Source of the DNA: a virus
Length of the DNA stretch: 64,000 nucleotides
IMG/VR virus record: IMGVR_UViG_3300045922_000151
Span: 2,803 to 66,802 of that record
Reading direction: 5' to 3' (one strand)
Shown here: positions 27,338 to 36,051 of the stretch, one piece after another
Position numbering within the stretch: position 1 is the first letter of the stretch
Layout of the letters: every line of letters starts with the position of its first letter
Made by a program: the position numbers and the translations under genes
Notes under the pieces: model-generated
Databases searched by the model: none
What the model was told of the DNA's origin: nothing
Seen by the model: the letters and a program-made list of their open reading frames with translations, nothing else

Positions 27338-27848
27338 GTTGATCTGCGTATTCGTCTAATAAATCCTCTAGGGTACGCTTGCCGGTGACAACCTCCACCT
27401 TACCCTTTGGCTGATACCGACCGCTTCGTCGCTCGAGGAAGAAGCGGATACTCGGCCCGTCATCCTGCTGAATGAGCTTAAACAGGCGGTCCTCCACCAT
27501 ATCCACCCTATGACTGTCGATCTTTGCGACTGCCTCCCGGAAGACCGGGTCCTTTTTGATCCAATCGTAGAACGTTGTCCTGTCGATGTCCGCCTTTTCA
27601 CATGCCACGGTAATCGTCCCCATAGTGATAGCGTAGACCTTGAGAAAATTTTCCTTGCCTATTCTCGTCCTCTCCTGCTCTTTTTTGACCTCGTTTACAC
27701 TCTGTGCGCTCTTTTTTATGGCATTCCACACCCTCGCCATTGCGAAGATGCTCGACAGCATGTCCTGTTTTTCCTCGTTTGAAATACCTTCATTGTGTAG
27801 GATTTGTGGGATTTCAGAGTTTGTGTTGTTATCTTGAGTAGATTCCAT
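27255..27848 (-). CDS. terS: Terminase small subunit (HTH)
   Basis: GTITVACEKADIDRTTFYDWIKKDPVF; directly upstream of terL. Confidence 0.8.
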   Translation of the reverse strand: MESTQDNNTNSEIPQILHNEGISNEEKQDMLSSIFAMARVWNAIKKSAQSVNEVKKEQERTRIGKENFLKVYAITMGTITVACEKADIDRTTFYDWIKKDPVFREAVAKIDSHRVDMVEDRLFKLIQQDDGPSIRFFLERRSGRYQPKGKVEVVTGKRTLEDLLDEYADQHGNEPTGESQTDAIERCAQGEAPQDTK

Positions 27849-27977
27849 GTTGATATTATGCCACGTTTTGTCCTCTTTGGCCTCTCCCCTTTCGAATGTC
27901 CTGTTTTGTCCCTTAATGTCCTGTTTTGTCCCTTGGTGTCCTGAATTGACCGACCCCCGAGCGGAGCGGAGTGGAGG

Positions 27978-28333
27978 TCATACCCTCGGCCATACCCCCA
28001 TACCCCCTCCCTGGCCTCCTAGGTTGTCTTCTGGGCCTCGGAATGGCCATATCCGAGCTTGGAGTCGTTTCCTCACTTCCTCCGTCATCTTGGCCTGAAT
28101 TTTGCTTATACAGCCCTTACAGACCATGAGGTCGACTATCGGCGGTCCGGCCCTATGCCGAGCTTGGTCTCTATCGGATAGAGCTCGTCGATCGCTTCCC
28201 CTACGATCTTGCCGGTACTTGGGTCCCAGAGATCCATCAGCGGTATCCTGTTGCACATGACACAATAGACCTCCGGGAAGTATCCCTGCTCTTTGTTGTC
28301 CGGATGTCCGTATCGTTTTTCTTTCATACTCAT
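27978..28333 (-). pseudogene. Probable single CxxC...CxxC protein split by a frameshift near 28150
   Basis: CVMC in ORF 28136-28333 and CKGC in the overlapping frame 27978-28265; frames cross at ATA GGG CCG. Confidence 0.45.
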
Positions 28334-28431
28334 TCCACGCTCTTACCGCACTTCGAGCAGACCAGTCCGTCCTGCTTATAACTCCACCCGAAGCGTAGTC
28401 CTATAAGCAGTTTTTTGAGTCAGTTTTTCAT
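28330..28431 (-). pseudogene. Tiny CxxC gene with in-frame TGA at codon 4 (MKN*LKKLL...CSKCGKSVE)
   Basis: ATGA overlaps with both neighbours; TGA falls where Trp would fit. Confidence 0.4.
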
Positions 28432-29165
28432 ATTCGTTCTATTGAGCTCGGCTTTGGGAACTCGTCCTTGAACCAAGACTGCAACTCCGGCTCGAGGCAG
28501 ACCCGGTTGTCTGTCGACATCAGATCAGGTTTGCCCATCTTCTTCCAGTCCTCTATGTCGTATATCTTCACGTCCTCTCTGTACGTGCTTCTAAGAGGCG
28601 CGAGGTTTCCATAGACGCTTCGGAAGAGTATCGGCTTCTGCGAGTAGTACACCTCATCTATCAGGTCCAAGAACTTCTCCTTGTTTAACATCATCGGATA
28701 ATGCACCTCGAATGAGAGCGGATTTTTTACGCCCTTTGATTTGAGGTATTCGAGCGTTTCTTCCATCGCCCAGTAGTAGTATCCGGACTTAGTTTTGTGA
28801 TTCTTGATGCGCTCCTCTAGTGTCCCGATGTTGTAGTTCGGGATGTGCTTTGCTTTCTTGAGGAATATAAAGTCATCGTTCATGAGAATGAAATCGTCTG
28901 AGAGGTCTTTTTTGAGGCATGCCAGTCGTATCTTGTGGATCGCATTGAGGAGCTTGTGCTTACCGAGGTCGTTCGCCTCGATGTACTCGTATCTCCTCAG
29001 GTCGAAGAACTTTGGCATGGCACCGCAAACGAATATCCTCCCATACTCCTCGAGGTGTTTCTCTACGCTTCTCACTGAGTACCTGATCTCGTTGTCGTAC
29101 CACTTCGAGCCGGTCCCCAGGATGTATAAAATGTCTGGTTTTTTTCTCATGGCTTTTTTCTGCAA
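28428..29165 (-). CDS. Stealth-like / glycosyl-phosphotransferase-related protein
   Basis: DNEIRYSVRSVEKH, FILMNDDF, EVHYPM and FRSVYGN resemble Stealth conserved regions. Confidence 0.6.
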   Translation of the reverse strand: MQKKAMRKKPDILYILGTGSKWYDNEIRYSVRSVEKHLEEYGRIFVCGAMPKFFDLRRYEYIEANDLGKHKLLNAIHKIRLACLKKDLSDDFILMNDDFIFLKKAKHIPNYNIGTLEERIKNHKTKSGYYYWAMEETLEYLKSKGVKNPLSFEVHYPMMLNKEKFLDLIDEVYYSQKPILFRSVYGNLAPLRSTYREDVKIYDIEDWKKMGKPDLMSTDNRVCLEPELQSWFKDEFPKPSSIERI

Positions 29166-29213
29166 ATGATTACTTTTTCCACTGGTCCGTGCTCGTCATT
29201 GAGAGAGTCGGTT

Positions 29214-29999
29214 TCATATAAGCGTTGCTTTTCTTCCGGTTAGCTTTTCCCACCGCGCGATTATGGTGTCGCAGTACACCGGATCAATCTCGACCATGTA
29301 GCATTTTCGTTTCGTGTGTTCACACGCCATGAGCGTACTCCCTGATCCTCCGAATGGGTCGTACACGACCTCTCCGATCTGCGTTGAGTTGAGTATCAGT
29401 TTTCTCATCAGTCCGACCGGCTTCATGGTCGGGTGCAGTTTCGATGACGATCGCTTGTCCTGATAAATAAGCGGATCGACTTCTTCCGGTACGGCCATGA
29501 TTGTTTTTCCTTTGCTTCGTTCGAACTTGTGCTTGCCATGCCACCCGTAGGCGATGAGTTCGTGCTGTGGCAGATAGTCTTTTCGTCCCACAACTACGCT
29601 GTTCTTAATCCAGATGATCATCTGACTGTAGTAGAATCCCGCGTCTGCCATGCCCTTTCGAAGAGCGCAGAACATCAGCTCTGCATTGAAAATGTAGGCG
29701 GCATTATAATCGGCCAGGTGAGGCACCGCTTTCTCAAGCCACTTTTTCGTGAACTCCGCGTACTCCTCCGGAGTCTGGAGTTGATCATTCGCGATCTCCC
29801 GATCTACGCTGATCTGCGTTTCCACGCCCTCTTTTTTGAAGCCCTTTTTGTTCTCCACATACGCCACACCATATGGCGGCTCCGTTGCGATGATCCGTAC
29901 CGGTATCTTGAATAGCTTCGTGAGGTCGTCGTTCACGCAGTCAGCCACCATGAGGCGGTGATCTCCTAACTCCCAGATTTGTCCTCGTTCTGTTTTCAT
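29214..29999 (-). CDS. N6/N4 DNA methyltransferase (beta class) with EPPY in place of DPPY
   Basis: GQIWELGDHRLM, TEPPYG, HPTMKPV, DPFGGSGST. Confidence 0.85.
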   Translation of the reverse strand: MKTERGQIWELGDHRLMVADCVNDDLTKLFKIPVRIIATEPPYGVAYVENKKGFKKEGVETQISVDREIANDQLQTPEEYAEFTKKWLEKAVPHLADYNAAYIFNAELMFCALRKGMADAGFYYSQMIIWIKNSVVVGRKDYLPQHELIAYGWHGKHKFERSKGKTIMAVPEEVDPLIYQDKRSSSKLHPTMKPVGLMRKLILNSTQIGEVVYDPFGGSGSTLMACEHTKRKCYMVEIDPVYCDTIIARWEKLTGRKATLI

Positions 30000-31291
30000 A
30001 GTTTTTCAGCTTGCTTACCTGTTTGCGCCTCCCATCGCCTTATAATTTTTTCGCAGAATATCGGGTCGAGTTCCATTGTGCGGTTGAACCTGCCCATCTG
30101 CTCGCATGCCATCATCGTTGATCCTGATCCTCCGAAGAGGTCTACTACAATGTGACCGGCGGCCGTGCATCTTCGCAGAGGCTTCTCGTGGAGCTCGAGC
30201 GGTTTCTGCGTCGGGTGAATGTAGTCCGTCGTGACTTCCCGGTCCACGAGCCAGATGTTGATCATGTCGAGTATCTCCTCATGCACCTGATTGCCGGTCT
30301 CGACGTTCCTGTTCAGTATCTCGTTGAGCTTGGTGTACTTCTTATCGAGGTACGGACTTCCGATCGTGCCGTAAACGCATGGTTCGTACACCTTGTTGAA
30401 TGCGATCTGTGGAGTCACGTTGAAGTTGTTTTTGACCCATATACAGACACGCTTGTTCGCTACGCCATTCTCCTCGAAGAGCGATTGCATCATGCCGATA
30501 TACCGCTCGTCGCACCAGTAATAAACGTGGACGTTTTCCTTTGAGTGCGCTATCGCATTCTCGAGCGTCTTGCCGATCATCGTTCTGTACACATCATCTT
30601 TTTTGGAGTCGTCCTTGCCCGAATACGAGCCTTGGTATTTCTCCTTGTTGCCGACACCTTTGGAGTAGTCGAGTCCGATGTTATATGGCGGGTCGCAGTA
30701 GATCATGTCCGCTTTGTCCTCACCCATCAGCTTTGCGACGTGTTCCGGATTCGTCGAGTCTCCCATCATGAGCCGGTGATTGCCGAGCTTATAGACATCT
30801 CCGAGAGCCATGCGAGGCACGATCGGGTCCTCCGGATCGCTTCCTCCGTTTTGCATTCTGTCTTCGTCCTCTATCAAATCCACGTCATCCCACATGCTTG
30901 AGAGTTCCTCGTCGTTGAATCCCGACCGCAGGAGAGTTTCTATATCGAAGTTTTTGAATAGCTTGTCCCAGTCGAATTGTCCGCCTATGCGGTTGAGGCT
31001 CACGTTGAGTTCCTTTTCTTCATCGAGCGTCAGTTCCCGGTCCGGAACACGCACGTCTATCTCCTCCTCGGTGCGCCCGAGCGCGGCCAGTAATGCCACG
31101 CGCTGATGACCTCCTATAAGCACGTTGTTCCTCGATCCGATGTTGATCGCCACCGGGATGACGATGCCCCAGGTCGTGAGCGAGTGCTCGAGGTCTGCAC
31201 GTTCTTTGTCGCTGATCTTGCGAGGGTTATACTCGGCCGGTATCAGGTCTTTGACTACTCTCTTTTCGTTTTTCCAGTTGATTTGTTTCAT
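29996..31291 (-). CDS. ParB-like domain fused to N6/N4 DNA methyltransferase
   Basis: PAEYNPRKI...IGGHQR N-domain; CDPPYN, HPTQKP, DLFGGSGST. Confidence 0.9.
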   Translation of the reverse strand: MKQINWKNEKRVVKDLIPAEYNPRKISDKERADLEHSLTTWGIVIPVAINIGSRNNVLIGGHQRVALLAALGRTEEEIDVRVPDRELTLDEEKELNVSLNRIGGQFDWDKLFKNFDIETLLRSGFNDEELSSMWDDVDLIEDEDRMQNGGSDPEDPIVPRMALGDVYKLGNHRLMMGDSTNPEHVAKLMGEDKADMIYCDPPYNIGLDYSKGVGNKEKYQGSYSGKDDSKKDDVYRTMIGKTLENAIAHSKENVHVYYWCDERYIGMMQSLFEENGVANKRVCIWVKNNFNVTPQIAFNKVYEPCVYGTIGSPYLDKKYTKLNEILNRNVETGNQVHEEILDMINIWLVDREVTTDYIHPTQKPLELHEKPLRRCTAAGHIVVDLFGGSGSTMMACEQMGRFNRTMELDPIFCEKIIRRWEAQTGKQAEKL

Positions 31292-31470
31292 TTTACTTTT
31301 ATGAAAATCTTAATGCCTCGCATCCACAGCCACCATGGCACCCACCGAGGCTTTGGTTTGAGGATGTTGCCGATCATCCTGCCCATCTCCTCTGCCTCTT
31401 TTTTCATCTCCTTGCGGAAGATTTTTCTGGCCTTGCGAGCTATTTTTGCCGGTGAGGTGATGTCTTTCAT
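31288..31470 (-). CDS. Small basic hypothetical protein
   Basis: ATGA overlaps on both sides; KPKPRWVPWWLW. Confidence 0.6.
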   Translation of the reverse strand: MKDITSPAKIARKARKIFRKEMKKEAEEMGRMIGNILKPKPRWVPWWLWMRGIKIFIKVK

Positions 31471-32129
31471 GATTTTAGTCGGCGATCTTCGCCTCCGATA
31501 TTGATAATGCCCCGATCCCCGCCCACCATTTCAAAGATGCGGGACGCGATGCGGTCCCCGTACTTCTGGGCTACCTCCTCGAGGTCTAGGTTGCCGGAGA
31601 AAATTGTCGGCCTGATCTGCTCGTACCGGTTGTTCACGAGCCGGTACATGATCTCGTTCGTCCATTCTGTTTGCTTCTCCGACCCGAGGTCATCGAGGAT
31701 AAGCACACACTCGTCCCGGAGTTCGTCCTTGATCTCCTGTTCGCTGTTGCTTCTCTCGTAGTTACTTCGAAGAGAGTCGAGCCAGTCCGGGACGTTCTTC
31801 ACTTTGACCTCGTACCCGTTCGCCCGGATGAGCTTCGCGAGCGCGTAGAGCGCATGCGTCTTGCCCGTGCCTACCGGCCCATACACGTACATCCCGCGCG
31901 ATCCGTCCGTTGTTGCCCACCATTCTTTGATTGCTTTCGGCAGGTCGGCCGGGAACGCGTGAGTGAACCTATCCGGACACTGCACCTGCTTGTTGATCCA
32001 CTTTATAAAATCCTGCACGTTCTTGCCTTGCGCCTCCACGCCTGCGGCCACATCTTCAAATGACCGGAGCTTCATCTCCGATCGTGCTTTCCTTTCCGCG
32101 AACATTTTTTGTAAATCACTTAGTTCCAT
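31467..32129 (-). CDS. DnaC/IstB-like AAA+ helicase loader
   Basis: YGPVGTGKT, LILDDLGSEK, RYEQIRPTIFSGNL, RIASRIFEM, GEDRR. Confidence 0.92.
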   Translation of the reverse strand: MELSDLQKMFAERKARSEMKLRSFEDVAAGVEAQGKNVQDFIKWINKQVQCPDRFTHAFPADLPKAIKEWWATTDGSRGMYVYGPVGTGKTHALYALAKLIRANGYEVKVKNVPDWLDSLRSNYERSNSEQEIKDELRDECVLILDDLGSEKQTEWTNEIMYRLVNNRYEQIRPTIFSGNLDLEEVAQKYGDRIASRIFEMVGGDRGIINIGGEDRRLKS

Positions 32130-32772
32130 ACTTTGCGTATTTGCCGGGTGTCGCCGGGAACGCGTTGGCCGGTGTTCTCATGGCCGTCTTTTTTAATGGA
32201 AACAGTCCGGTCCAACCTTGCCTGATAGATGTCATGATGATCTCCTCGTAGTCCGTCTTATGCTTTTCAAGAAATGAAATCTGAAGTCTGATCGTGGATG
32301 GCTTGAGCGACTGCCTTTTCTCTTTTCTAAACTGCACCCACTGATTCCATACATCTCGCTTGATCCATTCCGGGAGCTCGATCTCCGGCTCTTTTGCTTT
32401 TTCCTCTTTCACATGAGGCGTGTTGATCTGCGGTATCTTTTTCCAGAAAGACCGCGATAGGAGAGTGTACGTGTTGTTTTTTCTCCTGCCGGTACCCTCC
32501 TCGAATTGTCCCCGAATTGAAATGATCGATAACTCACGGAGTGCCGTGAGTCCTTTGATCACTGTCGTTCTGCTTTTTATGCCTGTCTCCTCGCAGATCG
32601 TCTGAATTGAGGGGAAGCATTCTTGAGTTTCGTTCGCGGCGTGTCGGCAGAGTGCCATGTACACGAGCGTCCCGTATGGTCCCACCAGTTTGGAGTACCC
32701 ATTCAGGAACTCATTATCCATCCAGAACCATTCTTTTTGCCTTTGATCACGAATGTTGAGGTGAGATTGCAT
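32116..32772 (-). CDS. Phage replication initiator (N-terminal HTH), lacking the usual internal iteron linker
   Basis: VYMALCRHA...CFPSIQTICEETG HTH; LPEWI..WNQWVQFRKEKR C-domain; upstream of loader; N-domain homologous to 36326-37222. Confidence 0.85.
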   Translation of the reverse strand: MQSHLNIRDQRQKEWFWMDNEFLNGYSKLVGPYGTLVYMALCRHAANETQECFPSIQTICEETGIKSRTTVIKGLTALRELSIISIRGQFEEGTGRRKNNTYTLLSRSFWKKIPQINTPHVKEEKAKEPEIELPEWIKRDVWNQWVQFRKEKRQSLKPSTIRLQISFLEKHKTDYEEIIMTSIRQGWTGLFPLKKTAMRTPANAFPATPGKYAKYGTK

Positions 32773-32780
32773 AGGTATAT

Positions 32781-32826
32781 ATTATAAAACTTTTATACTT
32801 TCCACAAATCCAAACTGTTGATAACT
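32781..32826 (-). promoter_or_regulatory. Initiator promoter: AGTTATCAACAG box and TATAAT within palindrome TATAAAAgTTTTATA
   Basis: Same spacing as the promoters at 2489 and 6277. Confidence 0.7.
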
Positions 32827-32961
32827 TGTGAGTATCCTAGTACCTATCCCCTCGCAACAAAACATTTTGCTGTGATAGAATGTTTTCATCCTATTCCTTT
32901 ATCTCCCTCCCTTTTTTTAAGTTTGATTGACTTCATAAATTTATTATAAAAGTTAAATTCC

Positions 32962-32992
32962 AAAAAACCTCCTTTAATCCCTTAAAGGAGGT
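32962..32992 (-). terminator. Intrinsic terminator inside the repeat
   Basis: Minus strand ACCTCCTTTAA-GGGA-TTAAAGGAGGT then T run. Confidence 0.8.
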
Positions 32993-33088
32993 GAAAGAGC
33001 ATATAAACTTTCTTCATTGCGATACAAAATCCGACACAATACCTTGAAACTCCTTGGCTTATTAAAAAAGATAAACACTTTTCTGGGC
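32962..33088. repeat. Direct repeat copy 1 (identical to 63874-64000)
   Basis: AAAAAACCTCCTTTAATCCC...CACTTTTCTGGGC matches the last 127 nt of the window; left flanks differ. Confidence 0.95.
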
Positions 33089-33106
33089 TGTTTTCGGGCG
33101 GCTTTA

Positions 33107-33349
33107 TTATTCACTTTGTCTGTTTTGTTTCTCATAAGGGAGAATTACCGCTAAACGCCTCTTTGCTTCTACCTCCATTTGAAGTAAAAGAAGGCGTTTT
33201 AACATATAGTTTTCTCGGCACTTCTCACAGCAGAAAAAGAAGACACCGACCTGACTAGCGCCGTATTTACCCTTTTCAATCCATTCTCGGGGGAAATAGG
33301 CCTCGCAAGTTCCGCAACGCGCGGTATTGTTATTTTTTGTATTGAGCAT
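33107..33349 (-). CDS. Small Cys-rich (TRASH/Zn-like) protein
   Basis: CGTC...FFCCEKC; GGAGG SD upstream. Confidence 0.6.
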   Translation of the reverse strand: MLNTKNNNTARCGTCEAYFPREWIEKGKYGASQVGVFFFCCEKCRENYMLKRLLLLQMEVEAKRRLAVILPYEKQNRQSE

Positions 33350-33377
33350 AGAACCTCCAGAATAATCATAGCATAAA

Positions 33378-33533
33378 CTAAACTAAACCGCCGCTAAATA
33401 CCTTGTTATCTATAATCTGCAACAAAACCTCCGCTTGCTCTCTGGTAAAACCGACATTAACCAATTTCTTAATTTGCTCTTCTTTTATTTTATTAAGAAA
33501 TTCTATTTCCTTTTTTTCTTCTTTGTGAGACAT
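33378..33533 (-). CDS. Small hypothetical protein (51 aa, not in ORF track)
   Basis: MSHKEEKKEIEF...LVNVGFTREQAEVLL; fills the gap. Confidence 0.55.
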   Translation of the reverse strand: MSHKEEKKEIEFLNKIKEEQIKKLVNVGFTREQAEVLLQIIDNKVFSGGLV

Positions 33534-33542
33534 AAATCCTTG

Positions 33543-33854
33543 TTAGGTTTGTAAATTAGTTTGCCGACCCCTGGATTCCTCCAGTTTGGAGAGGAGAAGA
33601 TTGATTGATCCGCAAGCATCACACATTGCCTGTTCTTCTGAGTCTTCTTCTATCCCGCCGTGACTATCTTTTTTAATAGTTTCAGCAATTTGTCTCACAT
33701 TCTCTAATACTTCTTGACGGGTTTGGTCTAGAGCGGAGGAGAAAAATGACTTAATGTCGTAAAAATCTGGCATCATTTTGTCTGTTGGACGAAAACTATC
33801 CCACCATTCCTCAAACCCCTCTAATATCTTCTTTTTTAATTCTTCGTGGGACAT
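33543..33854 (-). CDS. Hypothetical protein
   Basis: 103-aa ORF in operon. Confidence 0.6.
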   Translation of the reverse strand: MSHEELKKKILEGFEEWWDSFRPTDKMMPDFYDIKSFFSSALDQTRQEVLENVRQIAETIKKDSHGGIEEDSEEQAMCDACGSINLLLSKLEESRGRQTNLQT

Positions 33855-33887
33855 ATTTTTAATTTATTTAATTCATAATATTTTAAT

Positions 33888-34373
33888 TTATTTTAACGAA
33901 CTTTTTATCCACGACCCGCACTGCTTGCAGTGAAGCCATTCCTCAACCTCTTCGTGCGGGCATTCGGCTTCTTTAATCCCTTTTCTTTCTTTTTCCAAAT
34001 CTTTCAAAGTTGTTGCTTGAGCAACACTTATTAACTCTTTAACATTTTGGGGATTGGCTTGGTCTTTAAGGAAGTAAAGTTTTCGGGGCGAAACTTCTAA
34101 AAAGATAGTTTCCGGAAGTTTTAATTCAACGACATATTTTTGATATGCTTGAATAAGTTGCGTTGCCCATTCTCGGCTAATTCCCAAGCCGCCCGAACTT
34201 ACTGGACTTGAAACATAACTTTTCCAATCTTCAAATCCGAGCTTATCATAATCTTTTTTTCGCCACATTTCATACAAAATCTTAATCTCTAACAGCCGGA
34301 CTTTGCCGTGAATTTCTAAAAAGTATTCTCGGCGAGAATGGGCTGAATTAACCTTTTGGAGATTGGATTTCAT
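33888..34373 (-). CDS. Hypothetical protein with C-terminal Zn ribbon
   Basis: Start re-called to MKSNLQ; CPH...CKQCG. Confidence 0.6.
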   Translation of the reverse strand: MKSNLQKVNSAHSRREYFLEIHGKVRLLEIKILYEMWRKKDYDKLGFEDWKSYVSSPVSSGGLGISREWATQLIQAYQKYVVELKLPETIFLEVSPRKLYFLKDQANPQNVKELISVAQATTLKDLEKERKGIKEAECPHEEVEEWLHCKQCGSWIKSSLK

Positions 34374-34761
34374 AATACCCCTGCAACTCCCTAACAATAT
34401 CCCCGAAAGTATCATAATCCATTATAACAACCTTTCGGAAGCCGACCTTTTCACCCCTTGCCTGCTGTTCGGCAAAGAGGATATAACTTTTTTTGTTCCA
34501 CCATTTGGCATCATCTCTTGCTTTTTCAACAAAGCTCCATAAATCAAGGCGGGCGTGGCGTTTAACTTCAATCAAGTAATTGCCTAAAACACATTGCTTT
34601 TCTCTGCCTCTTACAATTGCCACATCGCCGGCCAATACTTTCTTGTTCCGTTCCGTCCCGCCGACTCTTGCCCATTTAATCCCAAACGGCTCAAAGATAG
34701 AATTCAAGAATTGCTCAATCTCTTTTTCGGCGTCGTAGCCTTTTTTTGTTGAGTAAGACAT
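34348..34761 (-). CDS. Holliday junction resolvase-like PD-(D/E)XK nuclease (Hjc type)
   Basis: KKGYDAEKEI...GDV...IEVKR. Confidence 0.75.
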   Translation of the reverse strand: MSYSTKKGYDAEKEIEQFLNSIFEPFGIKWARVGGTERNKKVLAGDVAIVRGREKQCVLGNYLIEVKRHARLDLWSFVEKARDDAKWWNKKSYILFAEQQARGEKVGFRKVVIMDYDTFGDIVRELQGYYEIQSPKG

Positions 34762-34787
34762 TATTTTAATTCTATGCTTTATTCAAG

Positions 34788-35099
34788 TTATTTACTACAT
34801 ACAATAAAAACATCTCTACCAATCGCCTTGAAAAATAAAAAATGTGGTTCCCCATCCAGTTCCTCTCCCGCAAGTTCCATTTCAACATCTTTCAAGTAAA
34901 AATAAAATGTCGGAACACCATCAGCCTCTAATACAATTCTTCTTTCGCCATTTGGATATTGAAGACTGATTTTGGTATTTTCGTTTTTTTGATTATAAAA
35001 GTAACAAAAATTACCACTACAACCAAGTCTCCACCCAATCTTTCCTAAATATTCTTGTATCTGTTCTTTTGTTGGATTTTTTATTTTTTTAATCATCAC
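34788..35099 (-). CDS. Hypothetical protein
   Basis: 103-aa ORF. Confidence 0.55.
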   Translation of the reverse strand: MMIKKIKNPTKEQIQEYLGKIGWRLGCSGNFCYFYNQKNENTKISLQYPNGERRIVLEADGVPTFYFYLKDVEMELAGEELDGEPHFLFFKAIGRDVFIVCSK

Positions 35100-35119
35100 A
35101 AGATTGATTTAATATTAAT

Positions 35120-35491
35120 TTATTTATTTTTCCGACTTTTTATTTCAACTATCTTATAAAAACTCTCATTCCTCCACGACGGATATAAATCCCTTTTCAC
35201 AATTTCGTATTCCGGCTTACATTCGGGGCAATAATAATACCAATCTGTTTCTTCGGGGTAAGAATACATAATTTCAACGCTCTTGGCGTCTTTTTTATAC
35301 AATAATCTCTTACACTTAAAACAAGAAACTATCGTATAATCATATTCTTTTTTTTCTCTTCGTATCATTTCTTCTTTCCTTCTCTTAAAGAAGTCATAGA
35401 AAAAATCAGCCAGCCAGTTGTATATTGCAACTACCAACATCATCAATAATATTCCTAAAATTATAAGTAAAATTATATTTAGTATTGGCAT
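35120..35491 (-). CDS. Membrane-anchored Zn-ribbon protein
   Basis: N-terminal TM helix; CFKC...CPEC. Confidence 0.6.
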   Translation of the reverse strand: MPILNIILLIILGILLMMLVVAIYNWLADFFYDFFKRRKEEMIRREKKEYDYTIVSCFKCKRLLYKKDAKSVEIMYSYPEETDWYYYCPECKPEYEIVKRDLYPSWRNESFYKIVEIKSRKNK

Positions 35492-35514
35492 TTTTTAGTT
35501 TATTTATTTCCCAA

Positions 35515-36051
35515 CTATTTAATAACAGCTTCATAGGTTTTACCGTCTAATTCAACTTTCACAACCTTGCCAGATAAACTTTCAATTTCTTTATTCTCTT
35601 TCGGTAATAATTTCACATTTCCGTAGGCAACAGTTCCTATAATTTCTTGTGCCTCAATATCTTTTTCTCCACTATCAGAAAATATACCAGCGACAATACC
35701 ACATTTTTCGTTAACTTTAATTCTTGAACCTGCCTTTATTCCACCGTATAAACAAATAATACCCTCACCAGCTTTAATTCCCTCGCCAGCTTCAATTGCC
35801 CAGCCAGCTTTAATTCCCGATCCAGCTTCAATTCCCGAGCCAGCTTTAATTCCCCAACCAGCTTCAATTCCCGAGTCAGCTTTAGCAATTATTGAACCAA
35901 TAACATAAATACCCTTTTTGAACTTCACAATGCCCAATCCTTCTTCAATTTCCACATTTGCATATTCATAGTTATCCCATTCACCTATACCATCATATTT
36001 ATAAAAATTATCCTTATCTAAATCTTGTTTTGTTATTTTTATTGTTTTCAT
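35515..36051 (-). CDS. Beta-helix protein with GI(K/E)AGx hexapeptide repeats
   Basis: GIEAGWGIKAGSGIEAGSGIKAGWAIEAGEGIKAGEGI. Confidence 0.7.
   Translation of the reverse strand: MKTIKITKQDLDKDNFYKYDGIGEWDNYEYANVEIEEGLGIVKFKKGIYVIGSIIAKADSGIEAGWGIKAGSGIEAGSGIKAGWAIEAGEGIKAGEGIICLYGGIKAGSRIKVNEKCGIVAGIFSDSGEKDIEAQEIIGTVAYGNVKLLPKENKEIESLSGKVVKVELDGKTYEAVIK
35760..35885 (-). repeat. About seven 18-bp tandem repeats encoding the hexapeptides
   Basis: CCAGCTT(T/C)AATTCCC recurring every 18 nt. Confidence 0.85.

Larger units (their letters stand above)
1..32830 (-). mobile_element. Phage A: siphovirus-type (HK97-like head, non-contractile tail) genome, truncated at left window edge
   Basis: Co-oriented replication, packaging, head, tail, lysis and recombination modules; base composition and codon style change abruptly near 32.8-33 kb; no integrase seen. 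Confidence 0.9.

Noticed and set aside
32983-33010. Perfect plus-strand Shine-Dalgarno AAAGGAGGTG marking a gene
   Set aside because: No ATG at suitable spacing; the sequence is one arm of the terminator hairpin
32962-33088. attL/attR of an integrated prophage
   Set aside because: No integrase, tRNA or host genes present; it cannot be distinguished from a circular-assembly overlap, so it is recorded only as a repeat
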